30,101 nt of DNA. It comes from a virus. Its lineage: Duplodnaviria; Caudoviricetes. The notes below the pieces were generated by a model. That model had not been told where the DNA came from, ran no database searches, and was given only the letters and a program-made list of their open reading frames with translations. The stretch's first letter is position 1; each line of letters opens with the position of its first letter. Shown here one piece after another: positions 17,645 through 26,440 of this stretch. The stretch spans positions 1 through 30,101 of the IMG/VR virus record IMGVR_UViG_3300013126_002685; one strand, 5' to 3'. The position numbers and the translations under genes were made by a program.

Positions 17645-17702
17645 CTTTTTTTTATTTTATTGTAAATTATACGAATATAATTACAACAAGACAAAGCAAG
17701 GT

Positions 17703-17720
17703 TGTTAAGAGAATGTTAAG
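17703..17720 (-). promoter_or_regulatory. Pho-box-like direct repeat CTTAACA-N4-CTTAACA (11-bp period)
   Basis: TGTTAAG at 17703-17709 and 17714-17720 on +; about 60 bp upstream of the T9SS/TBDT operon and just upstream of a TTG-17-TATATTCG Bacteroidota-like promoter. Confidence 0.6.
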
Positions 17721-17737
17721 TAGTAAATAATATTTTA

Positions 17738-17992
17738 TTATTTTTTCCCCCTACAATAAGAACCAGAACATCTTTTTTTACCATCAAGACCTGCAATTTT
17801 ACCTTTACAGACTTGAACCGCATATCCATTTGCGTAAGCACTTGGATAAACATCATATTTGGACTTCGCCGCAGATATTCCACGAGCACATAATTTGTTT
17901 GATTTTTTCTTTTTTTCAGTGAGATATGCCTCCAAAAGAAATCTTCTCATAATTTCTTTGAGATCGTCACTTGTTAAATTGATTCTATTCAT
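17738..17992 (-). CDS. Small basic Cys-containing phage protein with head-targeting-like leader
   Basis: Leader INLTSDDLKEIMRRFLLE..LTE followed by KLCARG..AAKSKYDVYPSAYANGYAVQVCKG (common phage PSAYA family). Confidence 0.7.
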   Translation of the reverse strand: MNRINLTSDDLKEIMRRFLLEAYLTEKKKKSNKLCARGISAAKSKYDVYPSAYANGYAVQVCKGKIAGLDGKKRCSGSYCRGKK

Positions 17993-19464
17993 TTTTTATT
18001 TACAACTTGAAAGTTTATTTCGTTTTTATATGTGACAATATTATTATTTTGGTTTAGTTGTAAATCGATAAAGTATTCGTTTGGAATTTTATCTCTCATA
18101 TCCAATAGGAAGAAATATTCTTCAGGAGTTCTGTTGAGTTCTGTCCAATCTGTTACTTGAACCTCGGTTTGACCCTCCTTTACATAGATCCTGTATTGAA
18201 TATCTATATCGTCAACAATATGTGATTTTGTATAAGCTCTTTTAGGTATTACTGAAATTTTTCTTTGATCTGTGTTCAATATTTTTTCTGAATATTTAAC
18301 ACCGTAGAAAGTAAATCCATACTCTTGGGTGTTTGGTAAAGAAGTATCATATTGAAGACTATCTGTAAATGATTTTAGTTCAAATTCATTTTCAATATCA
18401 TTAAGATTATTTCCATTATAAACTAATCCTGTCCATTTATCAGAATAAAGACAATTTAAAGAACCTCCTGTGAATGCGGGAACTGTTACTGTATAAATTC
18501 CTTTTGTAACTCGACATGAGGACAGACCTGTTAAACCAGAAAGAGCGTCACCATTTGGATCTAAAATATTTACGGTCGGATTTGAATCCAAGTTAATTGG
18601 AGAACCATTTTTGGAAATATACAAATAAAGATCATTTGATGTTCCTTCGGTAAAGTTGGTTCGACTGTCATTTATAATGTCATCCCATTTTGAATATAAG
18701 AATGGTTCATAAAAAGTCTGAGTGTGTCTTGTGAAGAATCCAACCGAATATGACTCACTCAACCCTGTTAGGTTTTCGACTTGTGGGACAAATGCGATTC
18801 CCCACCCTACACTATCAGTTGTCCCACCTGTTAATATATTGTTTATCTCATTTGTCATATCAAATGAAATATCCTCATCACCAAATTCGAAATGTTGTGT
18901 ATCAACTATGGTAAGTGCTGAATAATTGACCAATCCACCTGTTCCTGAATTATCGTTAATATAAATTCCATCAGTACTCCAATCATTTATTAATTCTCTT
19001 TGGAAGTAATTTGATGGTCTCAAAGAATACGCTTTATCGGTTAGATCGAAGTCGTCAGTTGTGTTTTGAACATAGTCATAACCAACCCCCTCATCCCAAC
19101 TTTGTGTAGTTCCTGTAGCACCTGCGGATTTGGGTATTCTGAATAGAATAAGGTCGAATGATGTTGCCCGTCTTCTTCCATCACTTGTTGTTTCATTTAA
19201 CAAATCAGAAAACGCAGAACTATTGGTCATTCTCAATTCATGAGTGATGTTGGTATTACAACCAAAATTCAAATATCCATCGGTTATTTTTTCTTCTAAA
19301 CCCGTTAAATCTAAATCAAAGATAAATCTTGAGAAGTTTTTTGTTCCGATTGCGGGAAAGTTTGAACCAAAAAATAATTCAGTAACAGGATTTCTTCCCG
19401 TATTTACTTCTGAATTGAATAAAATGGTATTATTTCTTTTAAAATACGAACGATAATCAGACAT
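17989..19464 (-). CDS. Putative virion structural protein (beta-rich, SRFIFDLD / SWDEGVGYDY / FFTRHTQTFYEP)
   Basis: 491-aa ORF; TATTTATA upstream; adjacent to baseplate gene; function inferred from context. Confidence 0.6.
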   Translation of the reverse strand: MSDYRSYFKRNNTILFNSEVNTGRNPVTELFFGSNFPAIGTKNFSRFIFDLDLTGLEEKITDGYLNFGCNTNITHELRMTNSSAFSDLLNETTSDGRRRATSFDLILFRIPKSAGATGTTQSWDEGVGYDYVQNTTDDFDLTDKAYSLRPSNYFQRELINDWSTDGIYINDNSGTGGLVNYSALTIVDTQHFEFGDEDISFDMTNEINNILTGGTTDSVGWGIAFVPQVENLTGLSESYSVGFFTRHTQTFYEPFLYSKWDDIINDSRTNFTEGTSNDLYLYISKNGSPINLDSNPTVNILDPNGDALSGLTGLSSCRVTKGIYTVTVPAFTGGSLNCLYSDKWTGLVYNGNNLNDIENEFELKSFTDSLQYDTSLPNTQEYGFTFYGVKYSEKILNTDQRKISVIPKRAYTKSHIVDDIDIQYRIYVKEGQTEVQVTDWTELNRTPEEYFFLLDMRDKIPNEYFIDLQLNQNNNIVTYKNEINFQVVNKK

Positions 19465-19474
19465 ATTGATATTT

Positions 19475-19486
19475 TATTTATAAATA
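19475..19486 (-). promoter_or_regulatory. Candidate late promoter within palindrome TATTTATAAATA (gene 19464)
   Basis: Perfect 12-bp palindrome in a 22-bp intergenic gap. Confidence 0.6.
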
Positions 19487-21013
19487 TCAATTTATCTTGA
19501 AGTTCTGACTTAAAACTTTTTGATATGCGTCCATCATTTTTTTCATCAGTTCTGTTGTCGTGGATCCATTTGTTGTGGTTGGAGTTGGTGGTAATCCATG
19601 AAAGGCATGAACATGAGTTATTAAGTATTGTATGATATAATTCAATAATTCCAATAACTCTTCACCCCTCACCATAGATGAAACATTTCCATCAACATTT
19701 TCTGAAATAAAATCCCCCGAAACACCATAATTTGTTCCCTCCAAATTAATTTGTTTTTTTCCTGGTATTACGGAATTATGTGATAAAAAGTAAAATTTAT
19801 CAGCTCCGAAAATCTGCACAGTTGAATTGTCCGATGTTGTTTTTACATCCTCCAAATTTATTAATTTTGGTTGAACAGGAGTCCCCTTTTTATTTTTGGA
19901 GAATATAAGACCAAAACCACCAAAAGTTTTAGATTCGGTCGTACTCAAAGACAAACCAACCTGACTTTGAAATGACAGAGCATTGACCAAAGAAAGAGGA
20001 TCTGAAGTTTGTGTGGAAACATTTAATACATTTTGTGTCGGTCTATAGTAGAAAGGAAAAACATTACCAAGAGAAGGTGATATAGTTAAGGTAGAATCTT
20101 TGAAATTAGTCAATAATGTATTGATAAAATCAACAGCACCTGACATCGAAAGACCTTGGAAATTTTCAGTATATGCTAAACTTTTGTTTTGTATTTCGGT
20201 GTCCGGTAACACACTCTTAATTTTAATATTCTCACCTTCATTTATCCTGTAAAAATAAACACTACCTGTAAAATTTGATGAACTATTCAAATTCAAAATA
20301 TCCCACTCAACAAGATAAACAAGATTTGCATCTGTTTGTTCTAATTTAATAAGTTTTTTTAAAGTTTTTTCCGAAGATGTTGTTTCAAGATTAGATAATT
20401 GAATGAAAGACCTTCTTGGGTTTTCATAAGGGAAGGTAGATCCATTTGCATTTCTTAATCCGATTGATTTTGATTTACCAGAACGAAGAATGATGTCTTC
20501 ATCTTTTAGAACAATATCTGTGTTGTATCTTCCAAGGATTGCAATATCTTCGGGGTTTGGAAATATGGATTGAGTCTTCGGGTTTTTATAACTTCCGTCG
20601 GGGTTTTTGAGGTCGGGAGACATTTTATTTCTATCCCCCGTATTCAATAAAGTTTCCGCATTCGCTGAAACATCTTTGTATTGTAATGTGGGCGAAGAAA
20701 TCGGACCTTGCATATAAAACTTATTCTTATCATCCTGAAATTCTGGATTGGAATAGACTATATGAACATACTCCCCAACTTTTGGGATTTGCCTGAAGAA
20801 ATAAGGCATCAAAGAATTAAAAACGAAGGGGTCTTTTTTTGTCCAAAAATATTTTGAAGGAATGTCACCAGGAATATCATAAACCTCGTTTGGGAAATTT
20901 GCTTTTACAATGTCATTCACATACCTCGTTGTTGGGAATGCTCTTATCCTCCCCAACACAAGGGGATCATCCACCGAAACACATACACCAGGATAAATTA
21001 TTTTTTTCGACAT
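19487..21013 (-). CDS. Baseplate hub / central spike protein (gp5-like OB fold)
   Basis: N-terminal VSVDDPLVLGRIRA...PKVGEYV OB-fold signature; LGRYNTDIVL; C-terminal VRGEEL...THVH (spike HxH motif). Confidence 0.78.
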   Translation of the reverse strand: MSKKIIYPGVCVSVDDPLVLGRIRAFPTTRYVNDIVKANFPNEVYDIPGDIPSKYFWTKKDPFVFNSLMPYFFRQIPKVGEYVHIVYSNPEFQDDKNKFYMQGPISSPTLQYKDVSANAETLLNTGDRNKMSPDLKNPDGSYKNPKTQSIFPNPEDIAILGRYNTDIVLKDEDIILRSGKSKSIGLRNANGSTFPYENPRRSFIQLSNLETTSSEKTLKKLIKLEQTDANLVYLVEWDILNLNSSSNFTGSVYFYRINEGENIKIKSVLPDTEIQNKSLAYTENFQGLSMSGAVDFINTLLTNFKDSTLTISPSLGNVFPFYYRPTQNVLNVSTQTSDPLSLVNALSFQSQVGLSLSTTESKTFGGFGLIFSKNKKGTPVQPKLINLEDVKTTSDNSTVQIFGADKFYFLSHNSVIPGKKQINLEGTNYGVSGDFISENVDGNVSSMVRGEELLELLNYIIQYLITHVHAFHGLPPTPTTTNGSTTTELMKKMMDAYQKVLSQNFKIN

Positions 21014-21015
21014 AA

Positions 21016-21228
21016 TCAGACGTTGGTTCTTTGTTTATATTTATTTAACAATTCATTATAAACTGTTTCTGTAATCACCATATGTTCGGAAATTTTTTCA
21101 ATAAATTTCATAGATTCATCATAATCTTTTCTCAATATATCCAATACCTCCGTAACTTTTTTGTTCGGAGAATTGTCAAAATCCGAAATTACGGATTTTA
21201 TTAATTTTTGTTCTTGTTCTGTTATCAT
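21016..21228 (-). CDS. Small helical hypothetical protein
   Basis: 70-aa ORF translationally coupled (ATGA overlap) within the operon. Confidence 0.7.
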   Translation of the reverse strand: MITEQEQKLIKSVISDFDNSPNKKVTEVLDILRKDYDESMKFIEKISEHMVITETVYNELLNKYKQRTNV

Positions 21229-23165
21229 ATCAGTTTTCCGAATAAAGATGCTGGTGATAGGTATGGTCCCGCAATCGGAACTAAAGGTTGTGAAGGTAAT
21301 CCTAAATTAATTGTTGAGATTTGAACTTTTGAATTCTCATCCATCTCTCTCTTATATGAGCTTATTAATGAAAAGTCATGGATCAAACCTAAATTGGGGG
21401 AACCATCGGGTAAATCACCTGTTGGAAACCCGAGTTTATCCAATGTTTCTGTATGATTGTTAAATGCTCGGACCGCTGAAAACCCTTCTAATAGAGAAGA
21501 GAAAGCGAGTGCCGGTAACGGAATCCTCAATTTTGGAGCTAATAACCTTAATAATGTTAATAATTCATCAGTTATACTTCTACATCGTTTATAGTCACGA
21601 ATAAGATTGACAACAACAAAAGCAATAGACAAAAGTTTCGTTATTATAATAATATAAGTATTTTTACTTTTTTCACTAATGTCTTTGTTGAGATTAACTA
21701 TCAAATTGTAAATTTGTTTTTTTATCAAAACGACTAACACTTCCTTAAATTTAGCTTGAATTTCCGAAATTAAAACAACCATTATATTTCTCATTTCTTT
21801 GAGAAAACTTCTAAAATCTTCTACAGCATCAACAAAATTTTGTTTAAGGGCTTTGAACATTATGAATATTGGTAACAAAACTTTGGGACTAATCAAAGAC
21901 ATAGTTATGATCTTCGGTAACTGTTTGATAATTTCTAAATTCAGAACAAGATTAAAATCAATCGTTGGTAAGTTAGGACCCCACTCTGGATTCTGTGAAA
22001 TATCCTTGATACTCTCTAAAAACTGTTCTTGTAATTCCTCATCAGTTTTATCAGAAGCATTTTCCCATATGTTTAATATGTTATTAACAACTTGGTTATA
22101 ATCTACGGGCAATTTTAAGTTTCCACAATCCTCAAACTCAACAACACGGTTTATGGTATTGTTGATATCATTATCTACATCCCTTAATTCGAATTCTGTG
22201 AGTTCAAAAAAAGAATCATTAATTTCTTCCAATATGGAAACTTTTGAAGTACCACCAACCTCTATTTCTTGTGTATTGTCAAAACATAAACCAAGTATTC
22301 TTTGAATTATCTTCAGAGCCACTGACACATCCTCCAATTTTTTTGACCCAACCTCCAAGTCCATATCTACGGACGAGGTAATTATATTCATTGCGTTTTT
22401 TACGATGTCTGAAAAATCAAATATTTTTATCGATTGGTAATAATCAACTAAAAAATCAGCAACTAAAGTTGGCGAATTTAATTTTGGTTGTAAAGTAATT
22501 TCATAGAAATCACCGAAATTTCCCGTGTTTTGATCTTGAACAACATATTTTATATCAAAAAGATCTTGGTTCGAAAAACCTTTGTAGAATTGTCCATATT
22601 GTTCCGAATAAGACTGATTACTTTGAGTTCTGTTATATAACTCCCTATTCATAGAAAAAGGGTTGTTCTGAATAGATAAACTTTCTTTTTCATACAGAAT
22701 CTTTGTTTTATTATCATCAGGAGAGTATTTCAGATAATCTAATAAATCAATCGAATCAATTTTAATGTATATTTTTTCGTTGGGTATGTATTGTTGTTCT
22801 TGTTCACAACCCAAGGCTTTTATAGTAGAATCAGTAAGAAGTGTTGGAAGTTGATTTTTAACTTCCCTTGCAGCATCAAACATTGCCTTAAGAAGAATAT
22901 CGACAGTTTCATTACCACTCTCGGGATTCCTTACTAAATCGATTAATTTATCATATTGGTTTTTGACGGCAGACGAATTATAGGCTTCAGATGCTTTTCC
23001 TTTGGCCGATTTCAGAGATTCAGAGAAAAACTTGTCACTTACAGTTTCAGCGTCTCCAGCTTTTTTTTCAATATCCTTTATTTGTTTGGATATTTTTTTG
23101 TACTTTTGACCACTTTTGATCTTACTCTTTATCTCACTAAATTCGTCGTTTAAATCAAGTGCCAT
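21225..23165 (-). CDS. Large hypothetical protein (646 aa), probably baseplate/tail associated
   Basis: Long ORF in operon with the gp5-like gene; C-terminal hydrophobic helices and G.PTGDLPDGSPN motif. Confidence 0.65.
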   Translation of the reverse strand: MALDLNDEFSEIKSKIKSGQKYKKISKQIKDIEKKAGDAETVSDKFFSESLKSAKGKASEAYNSSAVKNQYDKLIDLVRNPESGNETVDILLKAMFDAAREVKNQLPTLLTDSTIKALGCEQEQQYIPNEKIYIKIDSIDLLDYLKYSPDDNKTKILYEKESLSIQNNPFSMNRELYNRTQSNQSYSEQYGQFYKGFSNQDLFDIKYVVQDQNTGNFGDFYEITLQPKLNSPTLVADFLVDYYQSIKIFDFSDIVKNAMNIITSSVDMDLEVGSKKLEDVSVALKIIQRILGLCFDNTQEIEVGGTSKVSILEEINDSFFELTEFELRDVDNDINNTINRVVEFEDCGNLKLPVDYNQVVNNILNIWENASDKTDEELQEQFLESIKDISQNPEWGPNLPTIDFNLVLNLEIIKQLPKIITMSLISPKVLLPIFIMFKALKQNFVDAVEDFRSFLKEMRNIMVVLISEIQAKFKEVLVVLIKKQIYNLIVNLNKDISEKSKNTYIIIITKLLSIAFVVVNLIRDYKRCRSITDELLTLLRLLAPKLRIPLPALAFSSLLEGFSAVRAFNNHTETLDKLGFPTGDLPDGSPNLGLIHDFSLISSYKREMDENSKVQISTINLGLPSQPLVPIAGPYLSPASLFGKLI

Positions 23166-23536
23166 TATTTGAGATGGTATTTACCATCGTCAAGTTTGTC
23201 TATGTCTTTCCCAATCAAATTTTGAAGAACATCATCATCAATTTCACTCAAACTAAAGTTTTCTTCACTATTATTGTTAGATTTTTCCCAAATTTGAGAT
23301 TGAAGTTTTGACAAACTTAATTTTTTCTCGATGGTGTCATTTATTATTTTTTGTTGTTCTTTGATAATAGGTCCGAGAACTGTAAGATCCTCCGCGTCTT
23401 TCATCAAAGAAGCCATTTTGTTCTGTAATCTTATGGCTGTATTTCTTTGCTCAACCAATTCGTTGTAAATTTCTTGCATCAATCCCAAGATGGAATCCTT
23501 GGATAGTTTGATTTCTTTTCTACGAGGTTTTGTCAT
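23165..23536 (-). CDS. Coiled-coil hypothetical protein
   Basis: 123-aa ORF; TAATG overlap with the next gene. Confidence 0.7.
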   Translation of the reverse strand: MTKPRRKEIKLSKDSILGLMQEIYNELVEQRNTAIRLQNKMASLMKDAEDLTVLGPIIKEQQKIINDTIEKKLSLSKLQSQIWEKSNNNSEENFSLSEIDDDVLQNLIGKDIDKLDDGKYHLK

Positions 23537-23544
23537 ATATATAA

Positions 23545-24288
23545 TTATTCAGAATTCAATTTATTTAGGAATTCAAAATAAAGACCCCTGTATTTTTTAA
23601 TTGAACTTCTTACTTCTTTGGTTGACATATTTGTCATTTCACGGATGGATAACAAAATAACATTTTTGTTGAATTTGTTGTTGTCGTTTCCCAAAAAAAC
23701 TCGTTCATAGTTCTTTAATAGTTCCACTAACGCATAACCCAACTTTATTTCGTTTGTGTTTAAATCTGATTTTTCGATAAAGTCCTCTAATTTTTCCACA
23801 TACATCTCAATAATTTCCGTAGTCTCGACATTTTCGTATTCTAAATAATATATTAAGTCAGGACGATTTTCCAAATTGGATGAAATATCTTCATACGAGA
23901 TTCTACGGTTCTGATCTTTTTGGTCTTTTATAATTTGACCCATAAGGTAATTCTTACATATGGTTCCAAAATAAGAATACGCTTTTTTGTTTTTTTCGGG
24001 TTTAAATTTATCAACTTTTGTTAATAAAAAAGAATGGGTATCACTGTGAATATCAGCAAAATCCATGTCTTTTCTATATAACTTATATCTTCTTATGATT
24101 GAGGAAATCATCTTATCCAAAGGTGCGTGGAGAAATTCATCATAAATACGATTCTTTTCACCCCACGATTTCGCTTCAAGGAACATGCGCACGGCATGTT
24201 CCTCTCTTTCTGCGAAATAATTCTTTTCTTTTGGCTTTCGCCCTTTTTTTACCTTTTCTGTGTTAGTTGTCGCTGAGGCTGGGTTCAT
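23545..24288 (-). CDS. Late-transcription sigma factor (T4 gp55-like)
   Basis: KNYF N-terminal motif and sigma region 2-like KVDKFKPEKNKKAYSYFGTICKNYL (cf. FDPEK..KF/AF.TY/AYF). Confidence 0.7.
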   Translation of the reverse strand: MNPASATTNTEKVKKGRKPKEKNYFAEREEHAVRMFLEAKSWGEKNRIYDEFLHAPLDKMISSIIRRYKLYRKDMDFADIHSDTHSFLLTKVDKFKPEKNKKAYSYFGTICKNYLMGQIIKDQKDQNRRISYEDISSNLENRPDLIYYLEYENVETTEIIEMYVEKLEDFIEKSDLNTNEIKLGYALVELLKNYERVFLGNDNNKFNKNVILLSIREMTNMSTKEVRSSIKKYRGLYFEFLNKLNSE

Positions 24289-25096
24289 CCACTAATTCAG
24301 GTTCGTATTTTATTTCCCTATCCTGAATGAAGAAGTATTCTTTTTTTGCCACTTCCAACCAAAACTTTGCTTCATCAGGACTCAAGGGATTGTCACCGAA
24401 CTTATAATTCCAAAAGATGGATCCCAATCTCATATTCGTATGTTTGTAACCAATTCTAGGAATGGTTCTTATTATTGCGGAATTATATGTCATTCTCATT
24501 AAGAATTCATATACAAATGTCAATTTCATAGACTCTTTAAAACCCCCATAGTTTAAGAAAGTTTCTTTTTTGATTACCATACCGCTACTTTGGAAATTTT
24601 GAAAACGAGCAAGAAGATCGTTTGTTAAAAGAGCGTAATCCAAATTAAAATTTGCAGCAAAGGTTGCTTCGTTGGTAAAACCAGCAAACTGATTTTTCTC
24701 ATCAACATCTACAACAACAGGTAAGAAACCTTGAGAATCAGGATATGCGTTTTTGTGAATCTCGACATGTTTAAACCAAATTGCGGAATATTCATCATCA
24801 AATTCACAAAAAGAAACCCATTCATTTTTTGCCTTTGAAACTCCATAATTGACTTGTGATTGGAATGAAGGATCACCTTCAAATGTTTCAATTCTTACAA
24901 TATCACTTAAATCTCCAAAATCATAGTCAGTCAAAAAAGTTTGTAGTGATTCCTCCTCTGTAGGAACAATCAATAATTCAGTTGGTAGTACCTTTTGATT
25001 TTTTATTGATTCGATCAATTTACCAAAGTAGTCATCGAAATCTTTACTCTTAGATGATTTGATTGGTAATATAATACTTGTATTTGAGGTTTCCAT
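24263..25096 (-). CDS. Glycosyltransferase, GT-A fold (GT2-like)
   Basis: TSIILPI...SIKNQ...ELLIV; VNYGVSKAKNEWVSFCEFDDEY (variant DxDD); GGFKES. Confidence 0.85.
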   Translation of the reverse strand: METSNTSIILPIKSSKSKDFDDYFGKLIESIKNQKVLPTELLIVPTEEESLQTFLTDYDFGDLSDIVRIETFEGDPSFQSQVNYGVSKAKNEWVSFCEFDDEYSAIWFKHVEIHKNAYPDSQGFLPVVVDVDEKNQFAGFTNEATFAANFNLDYALLTNDLLARFQNFQSSGMVIKKETFLNYGGFKESMKLTFVYEFLMRMTYNSAIIRTIPRIGYKHTNMRLGSIFWNYKFGDNPLSPDEAKFWLEVAKKEYFFIQDREIKYEPELVDEPSLSDN

Positions 25097-26157
25097 TATT
25101 CTACTTCTACGGGTTTAAGTTTATTAAGTTGTTGTTCTAAAGATTCTATTCTAGCATCTACATATTCATTGAAAAGATTCAAAGCGGTAGTATTGAATTT
25201 TTCTTCATTTTGATAATTTTGAGCGGTGATTATCCCTTCCTCAATCAAACCTTCAGAAACATTATCTTCCAACCAATTTTTGATATAGTCGGCCAAAATA
25301 TCAACAATTTCAAAGTTATTGGTTGTCCAAATACCATTCTTTTCATTGATCCATTCGGGTTCAATGTAAGGGATTCTACCTATTACAGGAGTTCCTGTGG
25401 ACATGGATTCAAGAGGGAATGTTCCAAAACTTGATTTCTCATCAATCCAAACCGAAACACACGCATCTCTCAATGGTTCGAAAAATTGATCCTGATTCAT
25501 TGATCTCATATCTCTGAAAGTGAACCAACGATATTGTGGATATTTCTGATAAAAAGTTTTGATCAAATTTAAAGAATCTCTTTGTTCTCTTGAATGAATT
25601 GCAATAATTGGTTTTGCTGGTTTGTCTTTTTCAGTTGCATATTTTGACAAAGAGACTGGTAAAATATCTACAGAAACTCCTCTGAAAACATCACGAACTT
25701 TTTCAGCAAGTTTTTCCGAAGTTGTAAGACATTTATAAACACCAAAACCTGTCCAACTCTGACCTGGCTTCAAAGTTTCAAATATGTGGTCATATGCCTG
25801 AGTCAAAACAATTTTACCACACGGTAAGGATTGAACTTGTTCAATGATATAACCAAGTAATTCAGGAATAATTAGAAAATCCTCAACACCAACCTGTAGG
25901 TTTTGACCATTTACATAATTCTCTTCCAAATCCTCATAACCGTCACCCAACCAAGATTTATGGGATGTGAATCCCTTCTCTTCAAATAAGATTATGGCGT
26001 TCTTTCCATTCTCTTTAAGAGCTTTTGCAATATCATAAATGTATTTTATTGATGCCTTTGCATTACCCTTTGTATCTTGTACAAAAAAATAGAATTTGTT
26101 TGTTCCATTTTTTAGCGACAAGATTGTTTTTTCAATTTTTACTGTATTATCTGTCAT
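25096..26157 (-). CDS. Glycosyltransferase, GT-B fold (GT4-like)
   Basis: SSFGTFPLESMSTGTPVIG matches E.FG...LEAMA.G.PVI; DFLIIPE. Confidence 0.8.
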   Translation of the reverse strand: MTDNTVKIEKTILSLKNGTNKFYFFVQDTKGNAKASIKYIYDIAKALKENGKNAIILFEEKGFTSHKSWLGDGYEDLEENYVNGQNLQVGVEDFLIIPELLGYIIEQVQSLPCGKIVLTQAYDHIFETLKPGQSWTGFGVYKCLTTSEKLAEKVRDVFRGVSVDILPVSLSKYATEKDKPAKPIIAIHSREQRDSLNLIKTFYQKYPQYRWFTFRDMRSMNQDQFFEPLRDACVSVWIDEKSSFGTFPLESMSTGTPVIGRIPYIEPEWINEKNGIWTTNNFEIVDILADYIKNWLEDNVSEGLIEEGIITAQNYQNEEKFNTTALNLFNEYVDARIESLEQQLNKLKPVEVE

Positions 26158-26440
26158 CGTCTTCCGATTTTTTCAATATATTATCTTTAACTAAAGTATT
26201 AAACGCTAATTTAAATGGTATTGGAACATCACTTCCTCTAATTCCCATCGCTTCATCTACATCATCTTTTTCGGTCATTAAGACCTCGATCAAAAATTTA
26301 TAAACTTCATAACTAACAACATTTATCGTCTGACCTTGTTCTTCATCATCCTTTGGATTCTTTGAATCGAAGTCAAGACGCAATTTTGTATCTAAATAAT
26401 TCAAATCTAAATACCATTCATCACCAAAAATTTTAAACAT
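26147..26440 (-). CDS. Hypothetical protein (97 aa)
   Basis: Overlaps both neighbours by a few bases within the operon. Confidence 0.7.
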   Translation of the reverse strand: MFKIFGDEWYLDLNYLDTKLRLDFDSKNPKDDEEQGQTINVVSYEVYKFLIEVLMTEKDDVDEAMGIRGSDVPIPFKLAFNTLVKDNILKKSEDDDR

